DNA of 63,906 bases, the filler included, from Sphacelaria rigidula (taxonomy: Eukaryota), in NCBI GenBank assembly GCA_964200075.2. It is 11 parts of 11 records of this genome, joined end to end, with 100 filler letters (N's around TTAATTAATTAA, not from the genome) between each part and the next. Parts side by side here need not be neighbours in the genome. Positions count along the whole stretch, not along the records: positions 34,915 to 40,633 come from CAXNAA020025002.1; positions 40,734 to 46,452 come from CAXNAA020025003.1; positions 46,553 to 52,270 come from CAXNAA020025004.1; 8 more parts are not named here. One strand, written 5' to 3'. Position 1 is the first letter of the stretch; each line of letters starts with the position of its first letter. Shown piece by piece: positions 38,331 through 52,070 of the stretch. Both the position numbers and the translations under genes were made by a program. The notes below the pieces were generated by a model. It saw nothing but the letters and a program-made list of their open reading frames with translations. It was not told the DNA's origin and did no database searches.

Positions 38331-39620
38331 CACGTAGCTACAATGTTTTCCTTTTTGTGGATTGAACGTTTCATGATGTGTCGGATCGCAGCGATGCTCG
38401 CCTTTTAGAGGTGTGGGAGAGTGATTATTTTTTTCTTCGCTTCATGCTTTTGTACGAGTGTAGCGTAGAAGAGCCCTTTCTCGTTGAATTTTCAAGTTCC
38501 TCGGCGCAATTACATTGTGCCGAGGTGATGATGATTCAACTGCATAAGGACTCGTCTAGGATGGGCTAGTGTGATGACGCCCGGAGGCGTTGCAAGATAT
38601 ACGCTGTACGGGTCTGCTCGTAGACCCTGAGTTCCGTAACGCGTTGTTATCGCGCTTTCTATTGTCATTGGTTGGGACTGTTCCGGCTTCGCCATAGGGC
38701 GTTGACCCATCTCAATCAGTTACCGGCTTGCCTTGGTCTCTACCCTTGGCCATCACTACGCTCTGCTCCTATGGCTGCGCCCCGGCTATACTGAGTAAGA
38801 GAGGCTTGTGGATATAACATGACGCTATGAAACACGTGAGTTCCTGATCAACAGTCTGCACATGGATGAACCTAGTTTGTGATTGTTCTTGGTGGATCGC
38901 TATAGGTCATACGTTGTGCCCACGTGGGAGCTTGGGTTAGCTGGAACCAATGGTATCTCCTGGTACTGGTGCTGAGAGACCTCAGCCAGTGCATTAGCTG
39001 CACCCTCATTATAACAATATACTATTAATAGTATTAGAATGAGATGCAAACTATGCGATGTTTGACAACAGTTCCAGCGGAGAAGCCAAGGCGCGAAGAG
39101 TGACTTTGATTTCAGACTGCGCACCCTGTATGCCTAGGTCCGCAGAGCCACGATGTTGAAATTGTTCAAATTCACTGCAGTTACGTTGGTGTGTAGCTGC
39201 CACAACAGCTGCTGTTCGTGCTCTTGTCTTGTTATCTTCGCAATGACGGTAAACGTGGGGTCGCAGCTCGGGGGCGTGTGCTTCCCGACTGGTACAGACA
39301 AAGGCAGGACACTCGCTAGTGCAACAAGATTGTCCATCTACTGATGTGGAGCGAGCTTTCCAGAGGAACAAAATCATCTCAACACCGACCACTCCCAGAC
39401 TTGAATAAATGTACTAGAACTGTAGTTCATTTCTCATTAGCCAAATCGTCATTTGTACGTGACGCTTGTATTTTCCGTTGATACTGTATGACTCGTTAGA
39501 TCACCGGCCACTTCTGACGCAGGTAGCGTTCAGCTTGCACTTTCCATGAATATAGTACCGAAAATCTGCACTTCCTACCCACAACGGTATTGTCTAATTT
39601 TTAGCCGAGAACGAAACTGT

Positions 39621-39827
39621 TGTAATGCGTGAGAGGACCGCGTGCTTGGAGGACCGTGTCGGAAGTTGAACATCCCTAGGGTTGGGGTTAGGGGGTCAGG
39701 GTTAGTGTTGGGGTCAGGGTCGTGGTACCTGCAGGGACTGGCCCGAATGGTTTTGGAAAACGTCGATACTGAGGTGTTTCGAGCTACAATGCGGTCCTCT
39801 AAGCACACAGTCCTCTCACCCACTACA
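39621..39827. mobile_element. ~200-bp inverted-repeat element with internal TTAGGG-like repeats
   Basis: TGTAATGCGTGAGAGGACCGCGTGCTT...AAGCACACAGTCCTCTCACCCACTACA. Copies at 53062-53254 and 57300-57498. Confidence 0.8.
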
Positions 39828-41134
39828 CTGTGACCTACGGAAAACGCAAAGGTGCTCTGGAACGGTCTGAGGTGTCAACATCCGCTGAGCCCTCTTCCCG
39901 GGGCAAAAACGATGGAGAAGGATCAAAACAGCACTTTTCAACAAGTTATTTTTTTCGGTTCATGACAAGTATAACAAGTAGCCTAACAAAGGAAAACGAA
40001 AATAGAAAATTGGAAGTGCGATTGCGAAGCAGAGCAATCTATACTGTACACAGTCTGTGTCGTCAGAGCATCCATGCAATCGAGCATGCGTGTACTATAC
40101 ACGGCCGTATACCTGCAAATAGGGACACTTGTGAAATCACACCATCATTGTACTACAAGTACACTACCGTTGTCTGCTGTCTGCTGTTCTGACTGTACAC
40201 TCTGTACAGAGGACAACGGACAACAACAGTAGTACAGATGCATCATGCAGATATATCCTCGAGGCCCTCAATTCCTGCTGCAAGAGGACAATTCATTCAT
40301 GACGATTGCGTTCGTGCTGGTGGTTTGTGTCTGCAGTGAACATAATCTTGTGCACCCTTGGGAGGCTGAAGCCTCCGCTGCAAGATGATCGATGAGTCAA
40401 TTCATGATTGTCTTCGTGCTGATGGTGTATGTCTACATATCTCCACGCACTCCTACTCTAAGTTGTACAGTGACGCGGTGTAGCGTACGGAGTAGCGCTG
40501 CGCAGCAGGTTAGTTGCCAATTGTCGCTACGAGTATACATACGTTATGGGTCGGCCGTAGGCCTTTAACAACAAATTGTGCGAATGGAGGTTTAACTTCG
40601 AGATGAGGCTCAAGCCTAAAACAGTGCTTTCCCNNNNNNNNNNNNNNNNNNNNNNNNNNNNNNNNNNNNNNNNNNNNTTAATTAATTAANNNNNNNNNNN
40701 NNNNNNNNNNNNNNNNNNNNNNNNNNNNNNNNNAGGATGTCTGACACACTTATGAGCCTCGTTTTTCGTGCAACCAAATACCCCCCCCCCTATCGTAGGA
40801 TGACTCATGAGCCGACTTGAAGTAGGCTCGTTGGACGTGCACAAGCCACAGTCCATGGGACACATGATTATGATTCAAGGGACTGGGCAATAGCAGGCAT
40901 ATTGTGAGATCATACATGATCGATGACGCTCAACTGGTTTGGTGGCAGATGCACCAGATGCATCAGATACATCGTAGGTGTACCACTAGATCAAAATGTG
41001 AAAAAAACATCTTTTGGTCACGTGCTCAGGAGTATCCGCGGATGCTCGCCCGGCACGGTCTGCTGCTGGAAATGTGGTTGAATGGTAGATCGATTGTCGA
41101 GGAGAGACATTTTTATACTCTGGACCCATGGGGA

Positions 41135-41742
41135 AATCGCTTACAACGTGGAGAGCCACCCTGGTGTATTCCTGATCCTCTTCTCTGGCTGGTACCGCGC
41201 GGGATACGGGGCATGCTCCTGGAGGTGACTTCCGTGAGGGGCGGTCACGTGTCGATCGACCGGGTATTTAACACGCCGGTGGTAAAGGTGTTTGGCAGGC
41301 CGAAGGCTACCCCGGTGTGGGGATGCCCGGCTTTCATGGATAGTAGGAGCTTGACGATATATATATTTAATAAGATATGGGTGTCCATGGTTTAGTATGG
41401 GGCTAGTTCAGGGAACGCGGTCCGGAAAATTGATTCCGTGTGGTGGGACGGGGTTAACGGGGTGCCCTCGAGAGAACAGCCCCACACTGAACCATGGACA
41501 TCCATACCTTATTAAAGATAAATGTCACCGGGCCCCCACGATCCAGCAAAGCCATGCACCGCCACACCCGTGTAGCCTTCGAGTCGCCAAACACCTCCCC
41601 CACCGTCGCGTTGCATACACGGTCAACCGACACGTGACCGCCCATCACTGAAGTCACTTCCAGCACGAACATACCCCGTCTCCCTGGCGGTACCTGGTAG
41701 AGAAGAGGATCGGAAATGTGGCTCTCCACGTTGTAGGCAATT
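41135..41742. repeat. Diverged inverted duplication (arms 41135-41404 and 41478-41742)
   Basis: The arms translate to homologous peptides on opposite strands: EVTSVRGGHVSIDRVFN..IFNKIWVSMV versus EVTSVMGGHVSVDRVCN..IFNKVWMSMV. Confidence 0.8.
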
Positions 41743-42217
41743 CCCCGACGGTTCGAGAGCATAAACATGCCACTCCTTGCGAATCGGTCTACGATTCCAT
41801 CACATTTTCAGCAACAGATCGTGTTGGGCGAGCATCCGCGGATGGTCCTGAGTGTCGGGAGACACATCTTGGAGCCAGACTGTTGGGTACATCAAATGTA
41901 CAGCGTGGCCTTGCGCCCGCGGTTGTCACTGAGGTGTCCTCCTTCGTAAGGGATTCAAGCTGGCCCTCCTCAGCGGCCGAGTTTCTATACAAGGAAAGTC
42001 CGTTCATGCGTGGTCCACTCCAGTCTGGCTCTGGGCGAGAGAGAAAATCCTCTGTCGGTAGCGTGCCGTAGCGTCCCCTTCACGGGATGATGGCGACGAG
42101 CGCATCGAAGGCCCCGAGCGTCGCGATGAGACACACCCTTCTCACCTTGGACGAATTCAGTGCTGGGTTCACCTTACCATGCGATAGTACCATCACATCA
42201 GGGCCGCCTGAATGATG

Positions 42218-42456
42218 AATGCTACGGTAGAGGTGCACATATATTTTCTGAGGTTAGAACTGTTAGGATGCCTTCATGTCATCCAGAACAAGACTTATGA
42301 AATATGTGAGAGTACGTCAGGATTACTATGCCAACATGGTAGAAATATCCCGAAATAATTTGCGAACGGGGATGCCACTCTTGTGCATCTAGAATCGTTT
42401 GGAGCCCCTGAACCAGACGAAATTTTGCGGGAAAAGTGCACCTCTACCATAGCATT
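42218..42456. mobile_element. MITE
   Basis: TIRs AATGCTACGGTAGAGGTGCAC / GTGCACCTCTACCATAGCATT. Second copy at ~54452-54709. Confidence 0.8.
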
Positions 42457-45164
42457 GCTCAGATCCCTAGCGTCTGTCGTATGTAAGCAATGCTCGCCAC
42501 GACAACTGGCCAGCACTAGTGACTCATTTAAGTGTGTACCTTTGCTACGTTGGAAGGAGGGATCATTCGGTGTGCTATGTCGAACCATGTCCTTCTTTAG
42601 CTGGTCGAATTCTGCCCCACTAGGCTGCCGTGCAGCAGACTTTGTGTAAAGCGGTGACGCCGATCCCCCCTTCTTCGAGTTACGCATAGATTGATCAGGT
42701 CCAGCATGTACCACAAAGGCGGAACTAGCACCCCACGTTTTTCGACACCCCCAAACAGATCGTACCCTACCTCATTGCCAAAGTCTGACACTTTCTACAG
42801 TAGCCCCCCCTAAGAAACAGCCTAAAACTGTCACGAAGAAATGGCCATACAGCGCCCGATGTTTGGTTTCAGGCTGCATGAAGCGCCTCATGTGGGCGAC
42901 ATTGGCGAAAACGAACCCAAGCGTTAGAATTCTCAGCTGCTCACCGTGCTCGGGTTTTTCATTTCGATTCACATGTAAATCTTACCTCCCTAAACCAACC
43001 ATTTCTTTTTTCGGAGGGGGGGGGGGGCTATCGTAGAAAGTGCCCTCCGTTCTGTCCGGGAGGGAGATGACAGCAAGTTTGCTATATACAGCAGGTTTAG
43101 CCTGCTGTGGAACAACTGACAAAGGCGACAGACCTTTTCGAGTTCGGCGAGCACCGTTGTTAACTGGCAACCGTGCTACCGATAAAGCGACAAGATCCTT
43201 ACCGTCGCTTCCTCATTTTCTCGCTGGGGCCGGTATCGGTGAAATACGAGCGAAACTGGCGCTGCCACCGCGCCCATTTCTGGCGGACCTCGTCTGGGGT
43301 ACCCTCCACAGGCGAACGAGTCACACGTGACATCACATCTGCAATTCGCGCAACAATACTCGGCGCCGGTAGAGCGTCGGGCTCCAGGCACCTTTGTGTT
43401 TGGTCACGCTTCGGAAGCCCGTCTCATCCAACACCCGGCCGGCTGCTCGCCCCCGCCGCCCTACCGCCGCCGTACGGCGGTGGAGCTCCACCGACCTGAT
43501 CGTTCCAGACGGCATAGCGAGCTAGCAAGCCCACCTCCCGCGTAAATCAACTCTCGCTGGTGTCCCTCCAAGTCCTGAAGGGTGCGGTCTAGGGGATATG
43601 TGGCTTTCAGCGCCCAAATCTCGCGCATGGACACGCGCATAGACACCTCCTGCGGGCACTGCTCACAGCATAACACAATGTTTGCCTCCTTCAGCCCTGC
43701 CAACGGCAGCTCCACCCCTGGAGGTCCCCCCAATCCCGAGAAGTATCCCCCCCCCCTGCCGCCCTCGCCACGGCCGCTGGTGCATATGTGGTCAGTATCG
43801 GCAGCCTACTCCGGCAAGCGGGCTGACTGTCTCTCAGCGTCTGCTGGAACCACGAACAACAATTTACGCGGGGTTCGCCGAAAGACTGTGAGACCGGCTG
43901 CTCCGCCGCGACCGCCAATCAAGGTCGGCCGAACACTATCTGACACATTCCTCACCACCGTTACTCTCGTTACGAAGACGGATATTTCCAACATGAATTT
44001 AATCAAATTGCACGTCCTCACCTGATACCGAGGTCGCACTCAACCTACGAACCGGCGGACGTGTCATCGCCTTTTGACCTCTACTCACCAAAATGGCGTT
44101 GCTAGATTTTGGGTCCACCTGAGCCACAATCCCGTTTCCAAGCCCACGCCCTCGATCGGCGATTGAATCGTCGTTACATCACAAGCCAAACACCCCACCA
44201 CCGACTACCGGTACGCCCTCATGAGGAGAGCCGGCGTCAACCTCGCAAACCAAAATCTCCCTGCCTTCCATACCAGTTCCCGGCAGGATTGATCCCGTCG
44301 AACCCGTCTCACCCTCTGGCGACGGAGGGGAGTTCTCTCTGGCGTGTATCCCCCGGTTTTCACCAATAACATCAGCCAACGACAAATCAGGCACATTCTC
44401 TGAGGTCGACCCGCCGCGACCAGGGGAGTCAATGTTCAACTCCTCCTTCCCCGCGGCTCGCGCCGCGGCACGTCGCCCGAGAGCGCCTGGAAGTGTTACC
44501 GCGCCGGCCCGCTGGGACTACGTAACCGGACCTTTCTTCCCACCCTTACCAAGAGTAACATCTGCACCTGACATCGTAGGCAGCACGCACACCAGCTAAA
44601 GGCACATCCCCGGCGAGAAGCAGCACAGCGGACTAATCGACGACCCCACTCCGAGGGAACCTGCGATTCGCTCTCCAGGAATTGAGATTCCTTGTCCTCA
44701 CAAGTAAATTCTTGTGTCTTCGGCGCTGAGGCGGATCTGCAAACCAGATCGGAGGAGAGCTCCCGGGACGGTCGCAGCAAAAACGTACTCGTGGGAGCGT
44801 CAAAGAAGATGTCTAGGCATTGTGTTCGACTGTTCATTAATGATGATTTGCTACACACACCAGATTCCTTGCTGAGCCAAGCCCAAGGCTTGAGGGTTTT
44901 GTGAGAACTGGCAAGAGTGGGGGTGCGCCAAACTCAACGTTCCACACGCAAAGCACTCAGTAGAATTGCTCATTACACCTGCTGGCGACATTTCACCCCC
45001 TACTTTGACAGTTACGTGGCGCACTCTTTGTCCACCAAGGTCCCCAGTCCCAACAACTGAAACGCCTGGAGATTGTCTAAGCCTTCGGTTCTATAAGCCC
45101 TCTCCAAAATCAAATTGTCTGTGTCTACTACCCTGAAATTATCATCCAGCCAAGTCTCTGCACT

Positions 45165-45790
45165 TTGGCCAAAATTCCAACGGTACGGCGTTTCAAGAAA
45201 CAGGGCCCGCACGAATGCGGCTACTACTGCGGTATTTATCTCGACTTCCACGTGGGCAAGGTGGCACTCAAGATAGTTGCGACTTGCCTCAGCGCCTACT
45301 GCGAGTGGAAGGGAATCTTTCCGGAAGCACAATGCAGCTTTCGATCCGGCCGGTCGACAGCCGACATGATGTCCGTTGTGCACAGGCTCCAAGAACTGAC
45401 CAGAGAGAAGAATCTACCACTGTGCATGTGCTTCAATGACCATCAAATGACATACGACTCAGTGCATTGCTCTCTGCTCTGGAACGTCCTAGCACGCTGC
45501 CGTATCCCCACATAGCTGATTTCCATCATCCGCCAATTCCAAAACGGCATTCGGGCATGCGTACGCCGTGACAGCGGCGAATCATCTGAGTGGCTGAATG
45601 TTTACCGGGGCCTCCATCAAGGCTGTGTGCTCTCCTCCGGTTTGTTCAACATCGTTTTCGCGGCGGTGCTTGCGGTGGCGTTCGACCACTTCTTGATCAA
45701 TGAAGCGGTGGCGCAGGACTTCATCCGCATCGCTGAAAGGAGCGGGAAGACCAGGGATAAAGCCAGCAAAGTGCTTTGAGCCATGCGATA
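45165..45790 (+). pseudogene. RTE-like LINE reverse transcriptase relic (the element probably extends upstream to ~43800)
   Basis: YCGIYL..HVGKVALKIVA..PEAQCSFRSGRSTADM..LQE..YDSV..LW, then GLHQGCVLSSGLFNIVF. Stops present, truncated just before YADD. Confidence 0.85.
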
Positions 45791-45794
45791 CACC

Positions 45795-46220
45795 AAGTGA
45801 ACGCGGTGTACACGCATGTCAATGACCATACCACCGCGGAAGAGCAACGGCGGAGAGGAAGAACTCGCCCGTGTCATTGGCTCATCCTCGTTCGGCGATT
45901 CGCAAACGCTAGAGAGATTGGCGTTATGTTACCAGCACACACCCGGTTTGCCATGTGCCCGCAGGCGGGTTATGGTAGCGCAGCCCCCACGACAAGATCG
46001 GAATGGCGAGGGTTGTCGTCTCTTGCCTGTGGCGCTGACCAATGCAAATATCGGTTCCTCTCTGGCTCTCTTTTTGGACAGGACGCACCTCTGTGCGCTG
46101 CAGAATACATCGTCGAAAAGCAAGGCGATATTCTCGTCGCCGCTATTGTTCTCACGGGCACCCATGCGAGCAAGGACGGTGTTGCGGCCATAAGGTCTAA
46201 TTGCCACTTGGGGGGTGTTA
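45795..46220 (+). repeat. Diverged copy of coding repeat family X
   Basis: GDSQTLERLAL...SLALFLDRTHLCALQNTSSKSKAIFSSPLLFSRAPMRARTVL. Confidence 0.7.
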
Positions 46221-46552
46221 TTGTCACCGTGGGATTTACCCGACCTCAATGTTGGAAAATGAGGCTGCGGAGCCATGCTCTTCAACGCTTCGTATGGTAT
46301 AGACTATATGTATGTAGTGTTGGGATCGCAGGTGCCGGTCACGAAGGTTCGGTCTGATGTGAGGATATGATGTGGGATAGCAGTTGTGATGCATGAATCA
46401 CCCTCCTCGGTTGACCGTTCAACACGGTGGGTTGTTAGGACTGTCTTGCCCGNNNNNNNNNNNNNNNNNNNNNNNNNNNNNNNNNNNNNNNNNNNNTTAA
46501 TTAATTAANNNNNNNNNNNNNNNNNNNNNNNNNNNNNNNNNNNNNNNNNNNN

Positions 46553-46613
<61 letters not shown>
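46553..46613. repeat. (TAA)n microsatellite at contig start
   Basis: Read directly. Confidence 0.95.
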
Positions 46614-46615
<2 letters not shown>

Positions 46616-49269
46616 CAATAAGGGAGAGGGTGGGGGGTACATACTTGTGTGTAGGACGGGGCGTCGGGGTTAGTGTGCTGTACTGGCAGGCGGGCAAACC
46701 CTGACCCGTCCTCAGCCGGCAAGAGTCAACAGCCACCTGCCACGAAGAGATATCGGGGATACGGTTTCGCAATGTTAGCAGCTCAACAGCTCAACACTGC
46801 GGCTTGAATGATGATTAGCGATGTTGTCGCGCCTGTACAGGACCAGTCCTCTGTCGGTTACCCGAAACAAGAATGCAGGTGCGGTTGTGCGTACGCGCAC
46901 ACCATTGTCTCTTTCAATATCTTCTCTTGCTGTCCCATTAAATCGCTGTAGGAGCGCAACTGCGCACGCAGGGATTTACGGAGGAAGACTTACAAGTAGC
47001 TTATCCATCCTGCAACTTGGCACGCCCGGACACTCGACACTCGGCATCAGCGGCTAAGCATATCTACATGAACTGTCTTCATCTTGGTCCACATTATCTA
47101 GACCCGCTATCGACACAAATATCCTCAACAAGGCGTGCTGGAGAAACATGAACAGAGAACAAATAAATATACAAAACACGCCTCTCCTCCAGTACCTTGT
47201 CTGCCCCTATAGTAGTGATCATCAACAAAGAGACGGACGACCGTAGTATCAAGTGATGACTGCAGAGTCCAAGAAAGGATGCTGCTATCCAAAAACAAAG
47301 TTCGATATGTGCTAGGCATGTTTTCACCATTTGATATTTCTATACTTCAGGGTCCAACCCGCCGTCAGGTGCCGTCAGACGGTCGTTCCTGAGCCGAAGT
47401 AGCAGCCGCAATCTTTGATGTATCGCAAATCGGTGGCGGAACATTTCCGGCGCTGAGTGCAATCCCTCTCTCCGAAACGTCGGCGGCATGCGGGCGCGTC
47501 GACAGTACTTTTCACCCTGCCCACTACCTTCTCTCTTCGCCATGCGCATCGCGCCTCCCTTTTTGCTATCCGCGAACTGGAAACCTCACTTGATGATTAC
47601 TTGTGTTCAGGAACACCAAATAGCCTTTGATATTTTTGATATTCCACCCACGTTAGATCCATCCCCTTCGATCGCCGTGCTTTTGTTCTGCACTTCCTGC
47701 GTTCTTATCCTTGTGCCGTGATTTGTATCGGGACGTACCCCGCGTCAGCAAATGTTCCCTAGCATCACCTCAGTGGGTTCGTTGTCCGGCTTGAAATCGT
47801 TCGCTTACTGCAACGAATGATGGAGCTTGTGGAACGCCCCGGAATCTTCCGAACTAACCCGTTCATACTTCAATATTACCTTGCTCCCCCATCGACCCTC
47901 TAGTTGAATGACGACGGCAAAATATCCGCCGCTGTCAATCCCGTCGCGCCCCTTATGCAACTCGAGTAGAGTGCATTTACGTGCGGATCCGACCCTGGTC
48001 TTTGAAGGGTTTCTTTCAACGCAAGTGCCGCCTGATTACGCCTCCATACCTTTCGTGTAAACTCTGACGGGTGAGTAGCCAGTGGCGCCTGAGCGTACCA
48101 CTCTCGGTATGAGGATAGGAGCTCCACTTACTTACTCTCTGCCTTACCGGATGCCTACCAAGCCGCTATATACCAATACAACCGCACCGCCATATCTTTG
48201 TGCCATGCCCCCTCCTCCGTGCGATCTGATTGGCTATGCAGATCAATGTACTTCAATTATTCTGATGATTCCAAGGCGTTTTGCAGGCAATGACTCTACA
48301 ATAGATAAGGGCTCTCTACTTGAATCACGTTGCGCAATCCAATGCACAGGTTACCCCGCGGGCGCAGAACCCTGCTGGCAGGTAACGTTTGTAGCTGGAT
48401 GGGGTTCATTTTTGTGCGGGCAGGTTGTCTTACTTCGCTTGCACGGGAAGCTCAACGCCTGCTGTGCGATCACCAGCCTACACACATCCTGCTTATAGGA
48501 TCCCATTTTTTCTCTAGAATATTAAACTTTGTGAAAGTCATAGCGTCGACCACTTCACATTATCCTTTGCCTTGGAATCGCTCGATTTGAGCGGTGACGC
48601 AAAGCGCCAAAAACCTCGTACGTAATATAGAAGTGCAGATTTCGGTGAAATGCCATCCCTGCAGATAGGTGCACTTTTGCTGCATTCTTCACTTAATTTT
48701 AGAGTACATGTATTTCGGGGCCAGTTTGTTCTACGAATCTCTGAGAAGCCAGCTTTCTTCTTTACTTGACTTTAGAGTACATTTTTTCGCTGATTATACA
48801 AATCAGCCTCTTCGCTTGCATTTCGCTGGGCATTAGGATGCGTTCCGGTTCTGCTTGGGTTTGGAGTACATACGCTTTCCACGCTGTGTTCTCCATGGCG
48901 TTTTTACGTTTGATGCATTTCCTCGTTGGATGGTGGACCCTTTGCCCGTCGGAGATGCCACCTCTCACCGTACACAGGCCATACATTCATTCGTGGAACC
49001 GGTATCGTAATCACTTGAAAATGGAATTGGCTGAATGCTCAGTTGGATCGGCTGTGCGGAACGGCTCTCCGTTCATTTTTGGGGCACACCGGGAGCATGT
49101 TGTGATCTTGCCCGCATGTTGCATCGTCTCGACTGTACTCGCCTTTTACCGTCTCTTGACTGCTGTTGCAGCTGCTGCTGCTACTCTGCTGTACATGCGA
49201 TTAGTACATGCGATTATTTTATCATGAGGCGCTACAACCAACGGCTGCTATTTCAGATTTGAGTCGGCA

Positions 49270-49420
49270 GCCGGTTGCCCCGGTGGCTCAGTTGGTAACC
49301 TCGAAACCTTCTGATGGTTGGGTCGTGCGTTCGAATCTCAGTTCAGTCAAACGATATGGGATTTCATCTCACACCATGCCCAACAGTGGAGGCTACTATG
49401 TCCTGGGGGTAGACAAAAAT
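49270..49420 (+). mobile_element. tRNA-SINE family 2, 5' portion
   Basis: GCCGGTTGCCCCGGTGGCTCAGTTGGTAACCTCGAAACCTTCTGATGGTTGGGTCGTGCGTTCGAATCTC...CCCAACAGTGGA. Heads also at 52371-52460 and 58189-58247 (minus). Confidence 0.75.
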
Positions 49421-51187
49421 CGACAACCTGTATGTTTTTGGTTTGCGGGGGCAATGAGATCCCCGCGTTCAATCAAGCTGAGCTCTCGGTTTGCGGGGGG
49501 CGATGAGATTTCCGCGTTCACCTCTGATTATGTTGGGCTGTTTGTCATGTGTCAAGCTTTTGCATAAGCCTCTGTCATCGGGACATGTATGTTCCTCTTC
49601 TGGCTAAAAACGAGGCAAACCTTCTCACTTTTGGAATCGGCATCATTTTCACTCGAAATTAGTACCCACATCATGATCAATTGAGGAAGGTATGAAACAG
49701 CGGCGAGTCGTCCTTCTCGACTGAACGCTCGGGGCAGGGTTGGCACGCCTCGAGCGCGTTGTGATTTTGCATGCACATCGCAATGTCTCGACTTCACTTC
49801 GCTTTTTTCCGTCTCTGGGCTGCTACTGCTATTCCACAGTACATGCGATTCATTTTTCATGAGGCGCTAAAAATAACGGTATCTACTATTTTAGAGGGGA
49901 CAATGGTTGATGGGAAACATCATGGAACGTTACAAACTAACACTAACACTGACACTAACACTAACCCCGACCCAAGGCGCACGAGACCCTCGGGCAAGGG
50001 GGGTGCATATATTCCCCTAGGCAAAGTGCGCATTGGCAGACCTCAAATCGTCGCTGCAGGCGCCCATTTCGACAAAAAACACGTTCTGGACGAGCTGCTC
50101 ACATGCCCCAAACCATAAATTTTCTCAGAACTTCCTGCAGTATAAAATCAAGTAGTCATCCCTGTCAGCCAATGTGTACGGACATTTCTTTAGGTCTACT
50201 GCTATTTTAATCCGAATAGCCCCCCCGGGGTTCATCGGATTGAGGTAGAGACGAACCCTTCTTAGAATTTGAATTGGCATCAGCTCAAGGTGTGCTGACC
50301 CTCTTTCTTTGCGGTGGACGCGCGTCTCGCACAAACCATCGCTTCTCACAGCCAAACGACTAAGGCAAGCAACGAATGAGTGCGCCCCCACCTCCTCCCT
50401 CAAGTCTCGCTCAAAATGAGGTTCTCAAAGCGAGGGGATGTACTAGCCTGCAGTTGGTGGGGCGTCTTGCAGGGGGGGCACCATTTTGTTATGCTGGAAA
50501 GTACGTTCATCGAGATGAGCCGTCGGAAAAACTATTCGCCCGAAATATTTTCAGATTTTTCTCGATTACAAGGAGCACCCCAATGTTACGCATGCGCGGT
50601 TGCCGGACAGTATGTAATTCTTCCAAACGTCGGACGACTCCTTACTCGTCGAAACGAGTGCACTTGTGGATTTTGTTTCAAACATGACGAGCATTACTCG
50701 TGTGCTCTAGGCTTTAATTTTTTACAACGAGCAATGACTCATTGCTCGAATCATTCAATTTTTTCACAAGGAGCATTACTCGTGTGCTCGAGTCATTCAG
50801 TTTTTTCACAACGAACAATGACTCGTGTGCTCGAGTCCTTGTTTTTTTTACAACAAGCAATGACTCGTGTTGTTGTTGTTGTTGTTGTCTTCACATTAGA
50901 AACCGTTCCGATATCTGCGCGGTGCATTCTTACTGGGCATTTGATGCGGGCGCCTTCTGTGGTCACAGGCTAGCAAAAAAAACAAAAAAACAAATTAGAC
51001 CCAGATTAAAACTCACAAAACGCGATACAAGCGAAAGAGGTATACATGATAAAGAAGAAAGAGAGTACATATGGTTGACCTCAGAAGACCCGGTGCCGTA
51101 GGTGGCCCTTCGGATTTTAGAGGGTGGCACCCGGCTTTCCAACTCGACGCGCGACGCCAAGTAGAAATGAACCGGGGGTCCGACTAT

Positions 51188-51631
51188 AACACGGGATCTT
51201 ACAAATTGGGGATGGATTTTTGGGGGGGATGAGAAACCCGGGGAATTAAAATCTTCGTATCCGCACCAAATCTTCGAACTATGGTTCCATTTCTTCATCT
51301 ACTGATAGCTATTGACAACTTCTACACGCCGTAGAAATTTATATTTCGATCACCGAAAGCTTGGGGTCCTGGGTGAAAAAATCAATTTCGGAACCATTTT
51401 GGCGTCCGTCCGGACACCCGGAATTCCCCAAAATTGTTTTTTCACCCGGGACCCCAAGATTTCGGTGATCGAAATCCAAATTTCTATCGCGTGTAGCAGT
51501 TGTCAATAGCTATCAGTACGGGAAGAGATGGGACCATATTTCGAAGATTTGGTGTGGATACGAAGATTTCGATTCTCCGGGTTTCTCATCCCCAATAACA
51601 GATCCATCCCCAATTTGTAAGATCCCGTGTT
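51188..51631. mobile_element. Long-TIR foldback MITE, same family as 25796-26226
   Basis: CTAT-AACACGGGATCTTACAAATTGGGGATGGA...TCCATCCCCAATTTGTAAGATCCCGTGTT-CTAT. Confidence 0.9.
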
Positions 51632-51690
51632 CTATGCTCGAGTCATTAAGTTTTTCGCAACGAGCAATGACTCGTGTGCTCAAGTCATTA

Positions 51691-52070
51691 CACACGCGGC
51701 CATTCGGCTACCCCCCACAATACTCTGTTCCGGTAAACGTTTTGAGCCTCCAGAGGAATTGAACGCCTCAAGGGGGTGCGCGGCCCTCCACAGGCGTGGG
51801 AATCAAACGCCTCCAGAGGCTTGTTTTGCCTCTGGAGGACCGCGCGTCCCTACGGAGGAATTTAGAGAATGCGCGGCCCTCCAGAGCACCACAGGTTTTG
51901 TTAGTCTCGGGGGATTCAGACCCCAGAAGTCACTGGAGCATCAGACGCCCTCCAGTCCAGAGGGTTCGTTTATGACCGCGCCTGAGATGAAATACCCTCC
52001 AGGGGGTATTTTACCCTCGAGATGATGAATATCGCGATAGAGGATGGGGGTAGCCGAATGGCCGCGTGTG
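51691..52070. mobile_element. MITE with perfect 25-bp TIRs and TA target duplication (Tc1/mariner-type)
   Basis: TA-CACACGCGGCCATTCGGCTACCCCC...GGGGGTAGCCGAATGGCCGCGTGTG-TA. Removal restores the host tandem repeat unit. Confidence 0.9.
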
